A program made the translations under genes and the position numbers. From positions 992,001 to 1,056,000 of the forward strand of contig OZ242184.1 in NCBI GenBank assembly GCA_965205855.1: a stretch of 64,000 nucleotides of DNA, in the 5' to 3' direction. This document shows positions 32,742 to 43,326 of the stretch, one piece after another. Within the stretch, counting starts at the first letter, position 1; the number at the start of each line of letters is the position of its first letter. Source of the DNA: Thermodesulfobacteriota bacterium. Its GTDB lineage: Bacteria > Desulfobacterota_D > UBA1144 > Nemesobacterales > Mycalebacteriaceae. The notes under the pieces are model-generated. The model saw nothing but the letters and a program-made list of their open reading frames with translations, made no database searches and was not told the origin of the DNA.

Positions 32742-34457
32742 TTACGCAACATCAACGGGCTCAAAGATCATCCGGTTCATCGGCGCGCCCGGTTCTATCA
32801 TTGGATAGACCATCTCTTCGGGATCAACCTTTATCTCCATCAGAACCACACCTTTTGTCTCAAGCCCTTTTTTCAGGACCGTCTCAAGGTCTTCCGGCCT
32901 TTCGGCTTTGAAGCCCTTTGCTCCGAACGCTTCCGCAAGTTTAACAAAATCCGGAAGAACATTAAATTTTGAGCTTGAGTAGTTTCCGTTAAAAAACATA
33001 GTTTGCCACTGTCTGACCATACCGTGATGTTCGTTGTTGAAAACAATTATTTTAAGGTCAAGATTGTGCTCAACGGCAACCGCGAGTTCTTGCATGTTCA
33101 TCTGGAAACTCCCATCTCCGGAGACGCATACGACAAGGTCTTCCGGTTTTGCGAACTTGGCTCCCATGGCCGCGGGAAACCCGAAACCCATTGTGCCGAG
33201 CCCTCCGGAAGTTATATGGCTACGCGGACGGTTGAACTTGTAGAACTGAGCCACCCACATCTGGTGCTGACCGACATCGCTCGCAATCGTGGCTTCCCCT
33301 TTGGTCAGCCTGTGCAACATATCTATGGCGTATGTCGTCTGGATTTTGTTGGCGTCCTCTTTGTATTGCATGGGATGCTTTTTGTCCCAACTCTTTATCT
33401 GCTTAATCCATCCTTCTCTTCCCGTGAGGTCAATTTCCGAGGAAAGCAGTTCCATGATTTGCTCCAAAACCTGTTTCGCGTCACCGACAATGGGACATTG
33501 CACATTGATATTTTTGTCTATTGTGGACGGGTCTATATCTATGTGAATTATGTCCGCGTTGGGAGCGAATTCATCAAAATTGCCTCCGGTTGCCCTATCG
33601 TCAAATCTCGCGCCGATTGATATGACAAGGTCGGACTCATGAACGGCAAGATTGGCGGCATAGGAGCCGTGCATTCCAATCATGTTCACAAACAGCGGGT
33701 CGTTTGCGGGAAATCCTCCGAGCCCCATAAGGGTTGAGGTAACCGGAACCTGCAGTCTGTGGGCGAATTTTTTGAGATGCTCGGTCGCATTTGAGATAAT
33801 AACCCCGCCTCCGGAGAAAATTACCGGTTTCTTTGCTTTTTCGATAAGGGAAACCGCTCTTTTTATCTGAGAAAGATTCCCTTTCATTTTCGGCTTGTAG
33901 CCCTTGAGATTTACGCACTTGGGAATCACAAGTTCGTCTTCACCGATAAGCACATCCTTGGGCATGTCAACCAGAACGGGACTCGGCCTTCCGGTTAACG
34001 CTATGTGAAACGCATCTTGAATTGCCTCGGGCAGTTCTCTGGTTGTGCGGACAATGCTATTGTGCTTTGTACACGGCCTTGTTATTCCGATATGGTCGGC
34101 TTCTTGAAACGCGTCGCTTCCGAGATACTGTGTGGGAACCTGTCCGGTAAACACAAGCACCGGAGCCGAATCCATTTGAGCGGTTGCTATGCCGGTTACC
34201 GTGTTTGTCGCCGCCGGGCCGGAAGTGCAAAGAACAACCCCGGGTTTGCCCGAAGCTCTCGCGTAGCCATCCGCCATATGGGTCGCCCCCTGTTCATGCC
34301 GCGCCATAACATGAGTGAACTTCCCCTGCTTCTCATACTCGGTCATCACATCATAGACCTTGAGAACATAGCCTCCCGGCAGACCAAAAATGACCTCAAC
34401 TCCCTCGTGAATGAGGGTTTCAAAAAACATTTGCGCTCCGAGCATTTTTGTGCCCAT
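32742..34457 (-). CDS. ilvB: Acetolactate synthase large subunit
   Basis: RHEQGA, GQVP, DVGQHQMW, GDGSFQMN ThDP motif. Confidence 0.97.
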   Translation of the reverse strand: MGTKMLGAQMFFETLIHEGVEVIFGLPGGYVLKVYDVMTEYEKQGKFTHVMARHEQGATHMADGYARASGKPGVVLCTSGPAATNTVTGIATAQMDSAPVLVFTGQVPTQYLGSDAFQEADHIGITRPCTKHNSIVRTTRELPEAIQDAFHIALTGRPSPVLVDMPKDVLIGEDELVIPKCVNLKGYKPKMKGNLSQIKRAVSLIEKAKKPVIFSGGGVIISNATEHLKKFAHRLQVPVTSTLMGLGGFPANDPLFVNMIGMHGSYAANLAVHESDLVISIGARFDDRATGGNFDEFAPNADIIHIDIDPSTIDKNINVQCPIVGDAKQVLEQIMELLSSEIDLTGREGWIKQIKSWDKKHPMQYKEDANKIQTTYAIDMLHRLTKGEATIASDVGQHQMWVAQFYKFNRPRSHITSGGLGTMGFGFPAAMGAKFAKPEDLVVCVSGDGSFQMNMQELAVAVEHNLDLKIIVFNNEHHGMVRQWQTMFFNGNYSSSKFNVLPDFVKLAEAFGAKGFKAERPEDLETVLKKGLETKGVVLMEIKVDPEEMVYPMIEPGAPMNRMIFEPVDVA

Positions 34458-34645
34458 TGGAACACCTCCTGAACACTCGGCTCCGAAACCGCCGCGATGC
34501 TCTCGCCACGACCCGAAGAACCGAAATTTGCTCCCGTTTGCTACGGAAGCGATATTAATTGTATATGGAAAGAGAGAGTTTACAATAAAAATTATCGCGC
34601 GAACACATATGACTGCGCTTTCAGTTTTGCCGTCAATACGTCTCG

Positions 34646-36583
34646 TTAAAAACTCAGCGCCGCAAAAATCAGCAGGATTATGAACGCCGCCATTGCCGCG
34701 GTGTATGCCCTGACAAACCCGGTCTGAAACAGACTGAAAAAGCCGGCGAGTTTTTTCACGGCACCTGCAACTGCATTGACCGCTCCGTCAACAACTAAAA
34801 GGTCAAACTTCGCAAGTTCTGTGGAAAAATGCCCGAAAGGAACTATAAAAACCGAATGATAAAATTCATCCAGCAGAATTTTGGATTGGGAAAAACTCCT
34901 CAATGACAAAATTGTTCGGAAACCAAGAAGCAAATCGCGAAACCGCATCTTCGTCCCGTATATCAGCAATGCGGTAAAAAGCCCGGCAAGAGCGGCGACT
35001 GTTGAAATAACGGCGAGACCCGCATGGCTGATGCCGAACAAAACATCCGGGGCGGGAGAAAAAGCCGCCGTAACCGGTTTAAGAAAGTGCGTGAGAATTT
35101 CCTCTTTGACGGGAACAAACCCTTCCATGAAATGGGGAACGGAAAACAGACCGCCGAATACCGACAGCAAAGCGAGGAAGATGAGAGGAGCCGTCATAAC
35201 GCGCGGAGGCTCATGTATCCCGGAAAAGGTTTCGGGCGGAGTGTTGTTCTTCCCTTCAAACACGAGAACGTAAAGCCGCGTCATGTAAAACGCCGTGAGC
35301 ATAGCGGCAAACACCGCCGCAATCCAATGAAAAATAAAACCGCCGTCATAAACCGCGGCGAGTATTGAATCTTTACTGAAAAACCCCGAGAAAAACGGCA
35401 CGCCCGAAATCGCTAGTGTTCCGGCAAGAAAAGTGAATGCGGTTACCGGTATTTTCCCGCGCAATCCGCCCATGCTTCTTATGTCCTGCAAGCCGCCAAG
35501 CGAGTGAATAACCGCCCCGGCACCGAGAAAAAGAAGCGCCTTGAAAAAAGCGTGAGTTACAAGATGAAAAACCGCCACTCCAAAAGCGCCCGCGCCCGCC
35601 GCCATAAACATAAAGCCCAATTGACTCACTGTTGAATATGCAAGAACCTTCTTTATATCCGTCTGCGTAACCGCGATATAGGCGGCAATTAAAGAGGTCA
35701 GAACCGCCACGGTGAGAACAACAAACTGAGCATCTGGCGAGGCAGAATACATGAAAGAGCAACGGGCAAGCATATAAATTCCAGCAGTTACCATAGTCGC
35801 CGCATGTATCAAAGCGCTTACCGGGGTTGGTCCCGCCATAGCATCTGGGAGCCAGACGTAGAGAGGAAACTGCGCGGATTTTCCCGCCGCTCCTACGAAA
35901 AGGAGCAGACAAATCACAGTGAGCATACCCGCGGACACATCCGCCGCCGCAGGGGAAATTTCCGAAAATTCAAGAGAGCCAAAGGTAATGAACACCAAAA
36001 AGATTCCAATAAGAAAACCGAAGTCCCCTATCCTGTTGACAACGAACGCTTTCCTTCCCGCATCCGCTTTTTCCGTATCGTCAAACCAGAAACCTATCAG
36101 CAGGTAGGAGACAAAACCCACGCCTTCCCACCCTGCGAACATCACGGCAAAATCACCGCCGAGAACGAGAGTCAGCATAAAAAAGATGAAAAGATTGACA
36201 AGCGCGAAATAGCGCGCAACGGCTCGGTCTCCGGCCATATACCCGATTGAATAGAGATGAATCACAAATCCCACCCATGTTATTACAAGGGTCAGAACGG
36301 CAGACAGCCTGTCAAATACAAAACCAAAACTTACCGACAGCGCACCGGAAGAAAACCACTCAAATATCTCAACCCTTGTCTCCCCCGCGCCTGAGAAAAT
36401 CCCGAATGCGAGAACTGTAGCACAGATTGCCGAGACCAGAACGGCAATAGAACCGACAAGCCCCGCCGCTTTCTCTTCAAAATCCCTTGAAACACAGAAA
36501 AGCCGCCTCATCAAACCTGCGGAGATTAAAATCCCGCTTATAAAAGCTCCCACGAGAGGTGCGAAAATCACAAGTTGCAGCAT
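34646..36583 (-). CDS. nuoL: NADH-quinone oxidoreductase subunit L
   Basis: GWEGVG, GKSAQFPL.VWLPDAMAGPTPVSALIHAATMV, HAFFKALLFL. Confidence 0.96.
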   Translation of the reverse strand: MLQLVIFAPLVGAFISGILISAGLMRRLFCVSRDFEEKAAGLVGSIAVLVSAICATVLAFGIFSGAGETRVEIFEWFSSGALSVSFGFVFDRLSAVLTLVITWVGFVIHLYSIGYMAGDRAVARYFALVNLFIFFMLTLVLGGDFAVMFAGWEGVGFVSYLLIGFWFDDTEKADAGRKAFVVNRIGDFGFLIGIFLVFITFGSLEFSEISPAAADVSAGMLTVICLLLFVGAAGKSAQFPLYVWLPDAMAGPTPVSALIHAATMVTAGIYMLARCSFMYSASPDAQFVVLTVAVLTSLIAAYIAVTQTDIKKVLAYSTVSQLGFMFMAAGAGAFGVAVFHLVTHAFFKALLFLGAGAVIHSLGGLQDIRSMGGLRGKIPVTAFTFLAGTLAISGVPFFSGFFSKDSILAAVYDGGFIFHWIAAVFAAMLTAFYMTRLYVLVFEGKNNTPPETFSGIHEPPRVMTAPLIFLALLSVFGGLFSVPHFMEGFVPVKEEILTHFLKPVTAAFSPAPDVLFGISHAGLAVISTVAALAGLFTALLIYGTKMRFRDLLLGFRTILSLRSFSQSKILLDEFYHSVFIVPFGHFSTELAKFDLLVVDGAVNAVAGAVKKLAGFFSLFQTGFVRAYTAAMAAFIILLIFAALSF

Positions 36584-36883
36584 CTAACCCCGTAAGTTCC
36601 TTATTAAATCTATGTTTAAACTTTTCGCTTCCGAATAAAGAACAACAACAAACGCGAGTCCAAGTGCGACTTCCGCGGCCGCGACAGTTATGGAAACAAG
36701 AACAAGTACATTGCCCGCTCCGTCCCCGAGAAGCCGGGAAAACGCTATGAGGCAAAGGTTTGCCGCGTTAAGCATAATCTCAACCGACATCAGAACCACA
36801 AGGATGTTCTTTCTTGTTAACACGCCGAAAGCGCCGATAACAAAAAGGGCAAAACCCAGAGCAATATATCCGTCCGGACTCAA
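36584..36883 (-). CDS. nuoK: NADH-quinone oxidoreductase subunit K
   Basis: MSVEIMLNAANL, VAAAEVALGLA. Confidence 0.95.
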   Translation of the reverse strand: MSPDGYIALGFALFVIGAFGVLTRKNILVVLMSVEIMLNAANLCLIAFSRLLGDGAGNVLVLVSITVAAAEVALGLAFVVVLYSEAKSLNIDLIRNLRG

Positions 36884-37389
36884 CGCAACCCCCTTGAGAT
36901 GGCAACGGTTCCGACAATCGCCGCGACTATGAGAAGCGATGTAATCTCAAAAACAAGTAGATAATCGGTAAGCAAAAGACGCGCCGTGTCCGAGACGCCA
37001 CCGTCAAATTCGCCCGTCTTGCCCGCATCCGAGGCGAAAGGGGCAAGTTTGTTCCCGAAATACAAAGCCGCCGCCACCGCCGGCGCGAGAAAGGAGAGTT
37101 TTTTCGCAACCCTTGAGGGACCAAACTCCATACTGTTTTTGCGCACATTGAGAAAAACAATCGTAAAAAGAAAGAGAACCACAATAGCCCCGGCATAGAC
37201 GAAAACCTGAACCACCGCCATGAAATGGGCATCAAGAATGGCAAACAGAACTGCGGAAGAAACGATTGTAACAACAAGAAAAATGGCGCTGAAAGCCGTG
37301 TTCGGAACCAGAACAACGACAGTTGCCGCCACAATGGCAATTGTTGAAAAAATATAGAAAAAAGCCGACTCGGCTGGCATACCGCTCAA
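36880..37389 (-). CDS. nuoJ: NADH-quinone oxidoreductase subunit J
   Basis: QVFVYAGAIVVLFLF, FEITSLL. Confidence 0.93.
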   Translation of the reverse strand: MSGMPAESAFFYIFSTIAIVAATVVVLVPNTAFSAIFLVVTIVSSAVLFAILDAHFMAVVQVFVYAGAIVVLFLFTIVFLNVRKNSMEFGPSRVAKKLSFLAPAVAAALYFGNKLAPFASDAGKTGEFDGGVSDTARLLLTDYLLVFEITSLLIVAAIVGTVAISRGLR

Positions 37390-37421
37390 ACCTTACAGTA
37401 ATTGGAATTGCAAATCAAAAT

Positions 37422-38084
37422 TCAGCGTCTGGACTCAACGCCGACCCTCATGCACAAATCCGCGACCGGGCAAACTCCGCACATCGGGGAAACAGGCCTG
37501 CAAACTGTCTGCCCGAAAGCGACCATAAGAAAGTTGTATTCAGCCCAGTGTTTTCGCGGCAGTTTTTCTCGCAGAGCCGTCTCGGTACGATGCGGGTCTT
37601 TTGTGGAAACATAACCGAGCCGGTTTGAAATCCTGTGAACATGAATGTCAACGCATATACCCGGCTTTCCGTAACCGAGGGACACAACAAGGTTCGCGGT
37701 TTTTCTTCCCACTCCGTTAAAATCAAGAAGCTCCTCAATGGTGTCGGGAACCCTTCCACCGTGCTCTGCTTCAAGACGCTCGCATATCTTCACTATGTTT
37801 GCGGCCTTTGTTCTGTAAAATCCGACCGGATAGATGAGAGACTCAATTCGCTGCACCCCGACGGATACCGCCTCGGCGGGCGTTTTTACGACCGTAAACA
37901 GCCTTGCACATGCCGCCGCGGTTGTCTCGTCCCGCGTCCGCAAACTGAGAATCGTGGAAATAAAAATCCTGAAAGGATCATCCTTGTGAACTTCGGCAAG
38001 GCTCATAACAGGCGGCTTCCATTTGTGCGCCTCGCTTCTTAACACGGAAAGAACCTTTGATATGTCTTTGTCGGAAAATGTCAT
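37422..38084 (-). CDS. nth: Endonuclease III
   Basis: HhH GVGRKTAN, VDIHVHR, C-x6-C-x2-C-x5-C Fe-S motif. Confidence 0.95.
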   Translation of the reverse strand: MTFSDKDISKVLSVLRSEAHKWKPPVMSLAEVHKDDPFRIFISTILSLRTRDETTAAACARLFTVVKTPAEAVSVGVQRIESLIYPVGFYRTKAANIVKICERLEAEHGGRVPDTIEELLDFNGVGRKTANLVVSLGYGKPGICVDIHVHRISNRLGYVSTKDPHRTETALREKLPRKHWAEYNFLMVAFGQTVCRPVSPMCGVCPVADLCMRVGVESRR

Positions 38085-38848
38085 TGTAAAGGCTTGCCGC
38101 CGCCCGTTGCCTCAAGCATATTTCTCAAATCCTCCCATTTCCGAAAGAGCCGCGAGGCAAGACCGTATGATTTTTCCCATTCTCCCGAGCGCAACAGCGT
38201 GAAAATTTCCGCCGCCTGTTCAACCGACCTCTCCCTGTCAAGGGACTGCGGACTCACAACCGAGCACACATCACCGTAGTTCAGAACCGCATATCCGTCT
38301 CCGTCCCGTCCAGAAAACCATCCGCTCATATACGCCGCGCCCTTCTCCATCCATTCAAGTATGGCGCGCAGTTTTTCATGGTCTGTTTTACCGATAGCGC
38401 CCGCAATAGTGTCCGAAGCAACCGCGAGCCGCTCGCACGCGTCCCCCACCCTTGCCGTGTAATACATTGAACTGAAACCCCAGTGAGAATAAAAATTCCG
38501 CCTTTCAGGCTCATCAAACGCGGCAAGCCACTCAAACGGAACCGCGTTCTCGCACGACAGTATGTTTCCGTTTCGTCCCGAAGCGTTTCCGCCGAGCGGA
38601 CAGACATGGAGAATCCCGTCATTGCTCCTGATAAAAAAACAGTCACGGAGGGCGGACTCGCCAATTGAAAGATGCTCGGAGATCGCGCGCCGAAAACTGT
38701 CGTATTCGTTGCCAAACCAGACGCCGAAAGGAGACATCGGACCTCCCCAATACTTTTCGTAAAACTCCACATACCGCAACCAGTAGGAACGCTCCTCTTC
38801 GGGCGCGTTCTCAAGAGGGTCATAGACGATTAAAGTGCTTTGAGCCAC
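38081..38848 (-). CDS. Hypothetical protein, coupled to nth
   Basis: 255 aa ORF overlapping nth start by 4 nt. Confidence 0.75.
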   Translation of the reverse strand: MAQSTLIVYDPLENAPEEERSYWLRYVEFYEKYWGGPMSPFGVWFGNEYDSFRRAISEHLSIGESALRDCFFIRSNDGILHVCPLGGNASGRNGNILSCENAVPFEWLAAFDEPERRNFYSHWGFSSMYYTARVGDACERLAVASDTIAGAIGKTDHEKLRAILEWMEKGAAYMSGWFSGRDGDGYAVLNYGDVCSVVSPQSLDRERSVEQAAEIFTLLRSGEWEKSYGLASRLFRKWEDLRNMLEATGGGKPLQ

Positions 38849-38905
38849 AAGTGAGTATAAATCCGCGATACGGCGAGCGCAAAACGCCCTTGGGGAAAAT
38901 ACGGT

Positions 38906-39961
38906 TCAGTCTTCGGTAATTTTTGAAACAAATGTGTCCGTAAACCATTTGTCGAGTTTTTGACGGGACGCGCCGCCAAGCAACCTTTTCACCTCGTACA
39001 GGGGAACAAGCATTTTTGCGGCGGATCTGTGTCCGCCCGCGCCCGCCTGACTCATCCGGTCGTTCGGGTCGGTTTCTACGCCATTCGCGCAAGCGCCACC
39101 GAACATACCAAATACCTCACGGGCGACTCTGCCCGCGCTTTTGACATAACCGACGTTGCGCAACGAAACCACAAGGTGCGAGCCCTGCAAAATCCCGAAA
39201 GCGACAACCCAGTCGGCGTCTTTTACCTGCATACAGAAATCCGCCATTTTGGGTATCAGATACTCCTGTTCAATCTTGCCCAGATTCACAAAAAGAACAC
39301 TGTCATTTATCCAGTGTCTGGCGAGCGAGCCGCCAAAAGCCGCCAAATCGTCAGACGGAATTTCCGCTTTGCCTATCTTTCTCAGGAGTCCGAGGTTTGC
39401 TTTTTTATAGAGAAACACGAATGCCTCAACATCTTCGGAATCGGCGTCTCGCGATAGGGAAAATGTGTCGGTTTTTATTCCGTAGAGAAGAGCGGTGGCA
39501 AGACGCGATGATATCTCCACATCGGACACACGGAGCAAACCGGTCATTATCGTTGAAGTTGCCCCCTCGGAAACGCTTACCTTAACAAAATCAGCTTCAT
39601 AGCCTTTCATTCTGGGATGGTGGTCTATAACCGAACCCACAACGGGAAAAAGACTTCCGAAAAAAGACGGCTGGACATCAACCATCGCTATTGAGTCAAA
39701 ACTTCTTGCTTGTTCAACGGTAACCGGCACAACATCTATCTCAAGTAACTCCATCATCGCGACATTTTCGGGGCGGGAAACCGGTGCACCCAAATGCCCT
39801 ATTGTTGCCGTCTGCCTATTTCTGCCAAGCACTGTTCTGAGCGCGAGAGCGGACGCCATTGCATCCGGGTCGGGACAGTCGTGAAGAAGTATCAACAACT
39901 TATCCGCCCCTTCATGAGCCTCTCTGAGCTTTTTCACAAAGGATTTGCTCATAAAGCGCAA
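38906..39961 (-). CDS. DHH family phosphoesterase
   Basis: HDCPDPDA, IDHH, GIKTDT, SLR, GGH. Confidence 0.9.
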   Translation of the reverse strand: MRFMSKSFVKKLREAHEGADKLLILLHDCPDPDAMASALALRTVLGRNRQTATIGHLGAPVSRPENVAMMELLEIDVVPVTVEQARSFDSIAMVDVQPSFFGSLFPVVGSVIDHHPRMKGYEADFVKVSVSEGATSTIMTGLLRVSDVEISSRLATALLYGIKTDTFSLSRDADSEDVEAFVFLYKKANLGLLRKIGKAEIPSDDLAAFGGSLARHWINDSVLFVNLGKIEQEYLIPKMADFCMQVKDADWVVAFGILQGSHLVVSLRNVGYVKSAGRVAREVFGMFGGACANGVETDPNDRMSQAGAGGHRSAAKMLVPLYEVKRLLGGASRQKLDKWFTDTFVSKITED

Positions 39962-40770
39962 CTCCTGTCACACACTTGAGAAAGCCCCGAGACAAAATCA
40001 CCGACCTTGTCCGTCACGGAACCAGCGGCGGACTCCTCTACTATTTTCATTATTGCGCTTCCGACTATCACGGCATCGGCAAAAGACGCCACCTTGCGAG
40101 CCTGCTCCGGAGTAGAGATTCCAAAACCCACACCTACGGGAAGACCGGTTTTCATCCTTATTTTTTCAACAAGTCCGCGAAGCAAACCCACGTCCGTGCC
40201 GCCAATATCCGCACGAGCACCCGTAACGCCCGTAACAGAAACAAGATAGATAAAACCTCCGGCCATCTCCGCGACCGCGCTTATTCTTTCATCCGTTGTG
40301 TTGGGAGACAACAGGAACACTTCATCCAGCCCGCGTTTTGTAAGGTTGGAGTGAAACTCCCGCGCCTCTTCCGGCGGGAGGTCAACGGCAAGAACCCCGA
40401 CCGCTCCGGCGGCTTTTGCATCTGTGGCAAATCGCTCCATTCCGTAACGATAGAAAGGGTTGTAATATCCGAACAAAAGGATTGGAACATCACAACGGTC
40501 TTTTATTCTTCTCACGGTTTTCAGAATTTTCTCAAGAGTGGCTCCCGCCTTCAATGCTCTTTCGCAAGCCCTTTGAATAACGGGACCGTCCGCCATCGGG
40601 TCAGAAAACGGAACACCGATTTCAATAATGTCCGCGCCGCTTGCGGCAATGCGAACGGCAATCTCCTCCGTAATATCAAGAGACGGATCTCCCGCCGTGA
40701 TGTAGCAAACAAGAGCCGCCCTGTTGTCGTCTTTAAGTTCGGAGAACTTTTTTTCTATTGCAGTGATCAT
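39949..40770 (-). CDS. trpA: Tryptophan synthase alpha chain
   Basis: EIGVPFSDPMADGPVIQ, SVTGVTG, VGFGI. Confidence 0.97.
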   Translation of the reverse strand: MITAIEKKFSELKDDNRAALVCYITAGDPSLDITEEIAVRIAASGADIIEIGVPFSDPMADGPVIQRACERALKAGATLEKILKTVRRIKDRCDVPILLFGYYNPFYRYGMERFATDAKAAGAVGVLAVDLPPEEAREFHSNLTKRGLDEVFLLSPNTTDERISAVAEMAGGFIYLVSVTGVTGARADIGGTDVGLLRGLVEKIRMKTGLPVGVGFGISTPEQARKVASFADAVIVGSAIMKIVEESAAGSVTDKVGDFVSGLSQVCDRSCAL

Positions 40771-40970
40771 TATAAAAAAAGCCCGACAGAGCTCCGGCAA
40801 GCCATCCACGCCAAATAAAGAAGTAAAATTATAACCGCGAAAAGCTGTCGGTCAATGAATGACGCCCGTGCCTTTGTGTACAAAATTAAAAAGAATCCGC
40901 ATCTTTTTCAAGGAGACTGTTCCGACAAAAAACCCGAATAATCCGGTAACAGGAAAAGTCCCGGACAAAA

Positions 40971-41462
40971 TCAATAATCCCTGAAAGCGTAGTATTTTGT
41001 GAGAATAAAATTCAGAAAAAACCCGATGCAGATTGCAATTCCATTTGCAAGAAATATGCCGTCAAACGGAATCAAGGGCAGATTTTGTATATCGCCGAAA
41101 TTAAACAGTTCAACAAGAATAATCAAAACCGCAAGGTTGACGGCGAGCACCGCCACGCCGGAAGCAAGTTTGCGCCACGAAGCCGTAATGAGGGAGTGCC
41201 CTCTTATTTGAAAAACAAAAAATATGCAAAGAAAAAAATTAACGGTTGTCCCGACCATAAAAGAACAGACCTTCGCAACCGTATATTCCACCTCAAACAT
41301 ATAATTGTGAACCGTTATGGAACGGTTGATATCCAGCAATTCCCTGACGGTTTGGAAAAGTGTCAAGTCAATAATGGCTGAAATAACCCCAACTATCATA
41401 TATTGCAGGAAATGCCGTATCCATTTGTTAGAGAGACTGCCGTCTATTACTGATTCTCCCAT
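40971..41462 (-). CDS. GtrA-like membrane protein
   Basis: FLQYMIVGVISAIIDL, NFFL..FVF, NFIL.KYYAF; four TM segments. Confidence 0.75.
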   Translation of the reverse strand: MGESVIDGSLSNKWIRHFLQYMIVGVISAIIDLTLFQTVRELLDINRSITVHNYMFEVEYTVAKVCSFMVGTTVNFFLCIFFVFQIRGHSLITASWRKLASGVAVLAVNLAVLIILVELFNFGDIQNLPLIPFDGIFLANGIAICIGFFLNFILTKYYAFRDY

Positions 41463-41503
41463 TTCAGAATTGGTTTTCGGGTATTGCGAATTGAAGTTGT
41501 ATT

Positions 41504-42691
41504 CTACACATCCGCCGCTCCGGCGACAATATCCATATCCTTGTCTCCCCTGCCGGAAAGGTTGACGACAACAACCGAGTCCTTCGACATGCCTCCGGCT
41601 GTCTTCATCACATAAGCGATTGCATGTGCGCTCTCAAGAGCGGGAATTATCCCCTCGGTCTCGGAAAGAAAATAGAAGGCGTCAAGGGCTTCCCTGTCCG
41701 ACACGGAAACGTATGACGCAAGCCCGGACTGCTTGAAAAACGAGTGCTCGGGACCCACTCCCGGATAGTCAAGCCCGGCGGCGATTGAGTGCGCCCTATT
41801 TATCTGCCCGTCTCCGTTCTGAAGGATAAAAGTTCTGCTCCCATGCAGAATTCCCTCCGAACCCGTTGTGATTGTCGCGGAATTCCAACCCCTGTCCATC
41901 CCTCTTCCACCAGCCTCAACTCCCACTTTCGCGATACTGGGGTCATCCATAAAACTGTGGAAAAGTCCGGCCGCGTTTGAGCCGCCGCCCACACAGGCGA
42001 CAAGAAGGTCGGGCTTTCTTCCCTCAACACCTGCAGCTTGTTTTTTCACTTCCCTTCCAATAACTGACTGGAAATCCCTGACTATTGTAGGGTAGGGATG
42101 GGGGCCCGCAACGCTGCCGATAACATAGAAAGTGTTGCGAACATTTGTTATCCAATCCCTCATAGCTTCGTTCAAGGCGTCTTTGAGTGTGGCGGTGCCG
42201 GTTTCAACCGGATGAACAACCGCGCCCAGGGCTTTCATTCTCAAAAGATTGGATTTTTGCCTTTCGGTGTCCTTACGCCCCATGTATATCTCACATTTTT
42301 TTCCGAGCAAGGCGCAAATGGTGGCGGTTGCAACTCCGTGCTGCCCCGCTCCGGTTTCCGCGATAATTCTCTTTTTGCCCATTCTTTCGGCAAGCATGAC
42401 CTGCCCAACAGTATTGTTGATTTTATGCGCGCCCGTGTGCGCAAGATCTTCACGCTTCAGATACACCCGCGCGCCGCCCAGTTTTTCAGTCATTCTGCGG
42501 GCGAAATAAAAAGGGGTCGGTCTGCCGACATATTCGGCAAGGCGTTTCTCAACAGCGCCCGTAAATTCGGGGTCCGATTTCGCCTTTTTATAAGATTCCT
42601 CAAGCTCAAGAAGAGGAGGCATCAGAGTTTCGGAAACAAAACGCCCGCCGAAATTCCCAAAAAAACCTTCTTTAGTTTGAGTTGTCGGCAA
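41504..42691 (-). CDS. trpB: Tryptophan synthase beta chain
   Basis: [44 protein letters not shown]. Confidence 0.98.
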   Translation of the reverse strand: MPTTQTKEGFFGNFGGRFVSETLMPPLLELEESYKKAKSDPEFTGAVEKRLAEYVGRPTPFYFARRMTEKLGGARVYLKREDLAHTGAHKINNTVGQVMLAERMGKKRIIAETGAGQHGVATATICALLGKKCEIYMGRKDTERQKSNLLRMKALGAVVHPVETGTATLKDALNEAMRDWITNVRNTFYVIGSVAGPHPYPTIVRDFQSVIGREVKKQAAGVEGRKPDLLVACVGGGSNAAGLFHSFMDDPSIAKVGVEAGGRGMDRGWNSATITTGSEGILHGSRTFILQNGDGQINRAHSIAAGLDYPGVGPEHSFFKQSGLASYVSVSDREALDAFYFLSETEGIIPALESAHAIAYVMKTAGGMSKDSVVVVNLSGRGDKDMDIVAGAADV

Positions 42692-43298
42692 TTCTCACTT
42701 CCTCAATAAACCGTTTCAGCTTCACACCGTCCTTGATTCCCGAAGTTTTTTCAACACCAGAACAGACATCAACGGCATAAGGCCTTGTTGCGCGCACCGC
42801 TTCCGACACATTATCGGGGTTCAGGCCGCCGGAAAGAAACAGCTTCTTTCCCTTCAAGTCAACCCGCCGTAGCAAGTTCCAGTCAAAAACCCTGCCCGTT
42901 CCTCCAAACTGTCTGTCCGCAAAGGTATCAAGCAGGATAAAATCCGAGCCGTAGTCACCTATTTTGTTCAAGCTGTCAGTGTCTTTAACACGAACGGCTT
43001 TCATATAAGCCCCTGTAATGTCGCGACAGAACCGCGGGGTCTCGTCTCCGTGAATCTGAGATATATCAAGCCCGACAGACTTGACGGTATCTTCTATAAA
43101 ACCGATTTCCTGATTCACAAAAACCCCAGCCTTGACAACCCTACTCGGCAAAAGAGCGGATATGGCTGCGGCGGCATCGGAGGCAATATGCCTGCGACTT
43201 CCCGGATAAAAAATAAAACCGATAATCTCCGCTCCCGCATCTACCGCCAAAAGCGCATCGTTCTCGTTTGTTATTCCACAGACTTTAACTTTTGTCAT
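42672..43298 (-). CDS. trpF: Phosphoribosylanthranilate isomerase
   Basis: [32 protein letters not shown]. Confidence 0.95.
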   Translation of the reverse strand: MTKVKVCGITNENDALLAVDAGAEIIGFIFYPGSRRHIASDAAAAISALLPSRVVKAGVFVNQEIGFIEDTVKSVGLDISQIHGDETPRFCRDITGAYMKAVRVKDTDSLNKIGDYGSDFILLDTFADRQFGGTGRVFDWNLLRRVDLKGKKLFLSGGLNPDNVSEAVRATRPYAVDVCSGVEKTSGIKDGVKLKRFIEEVRIADNSN

Positions 43299-43326
43299 CG
43301 GCTCTGCGCCGTTCACGCTTCCGGCG

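Noticed and set aside
39976-40818. Long antisense ORFs (280 aa here; also 9079-9681, 28824-29510, 53207-53851, 57015-57743)
   Set aside because: Shadows of well-supported genes on the opposite strand, with no motifs
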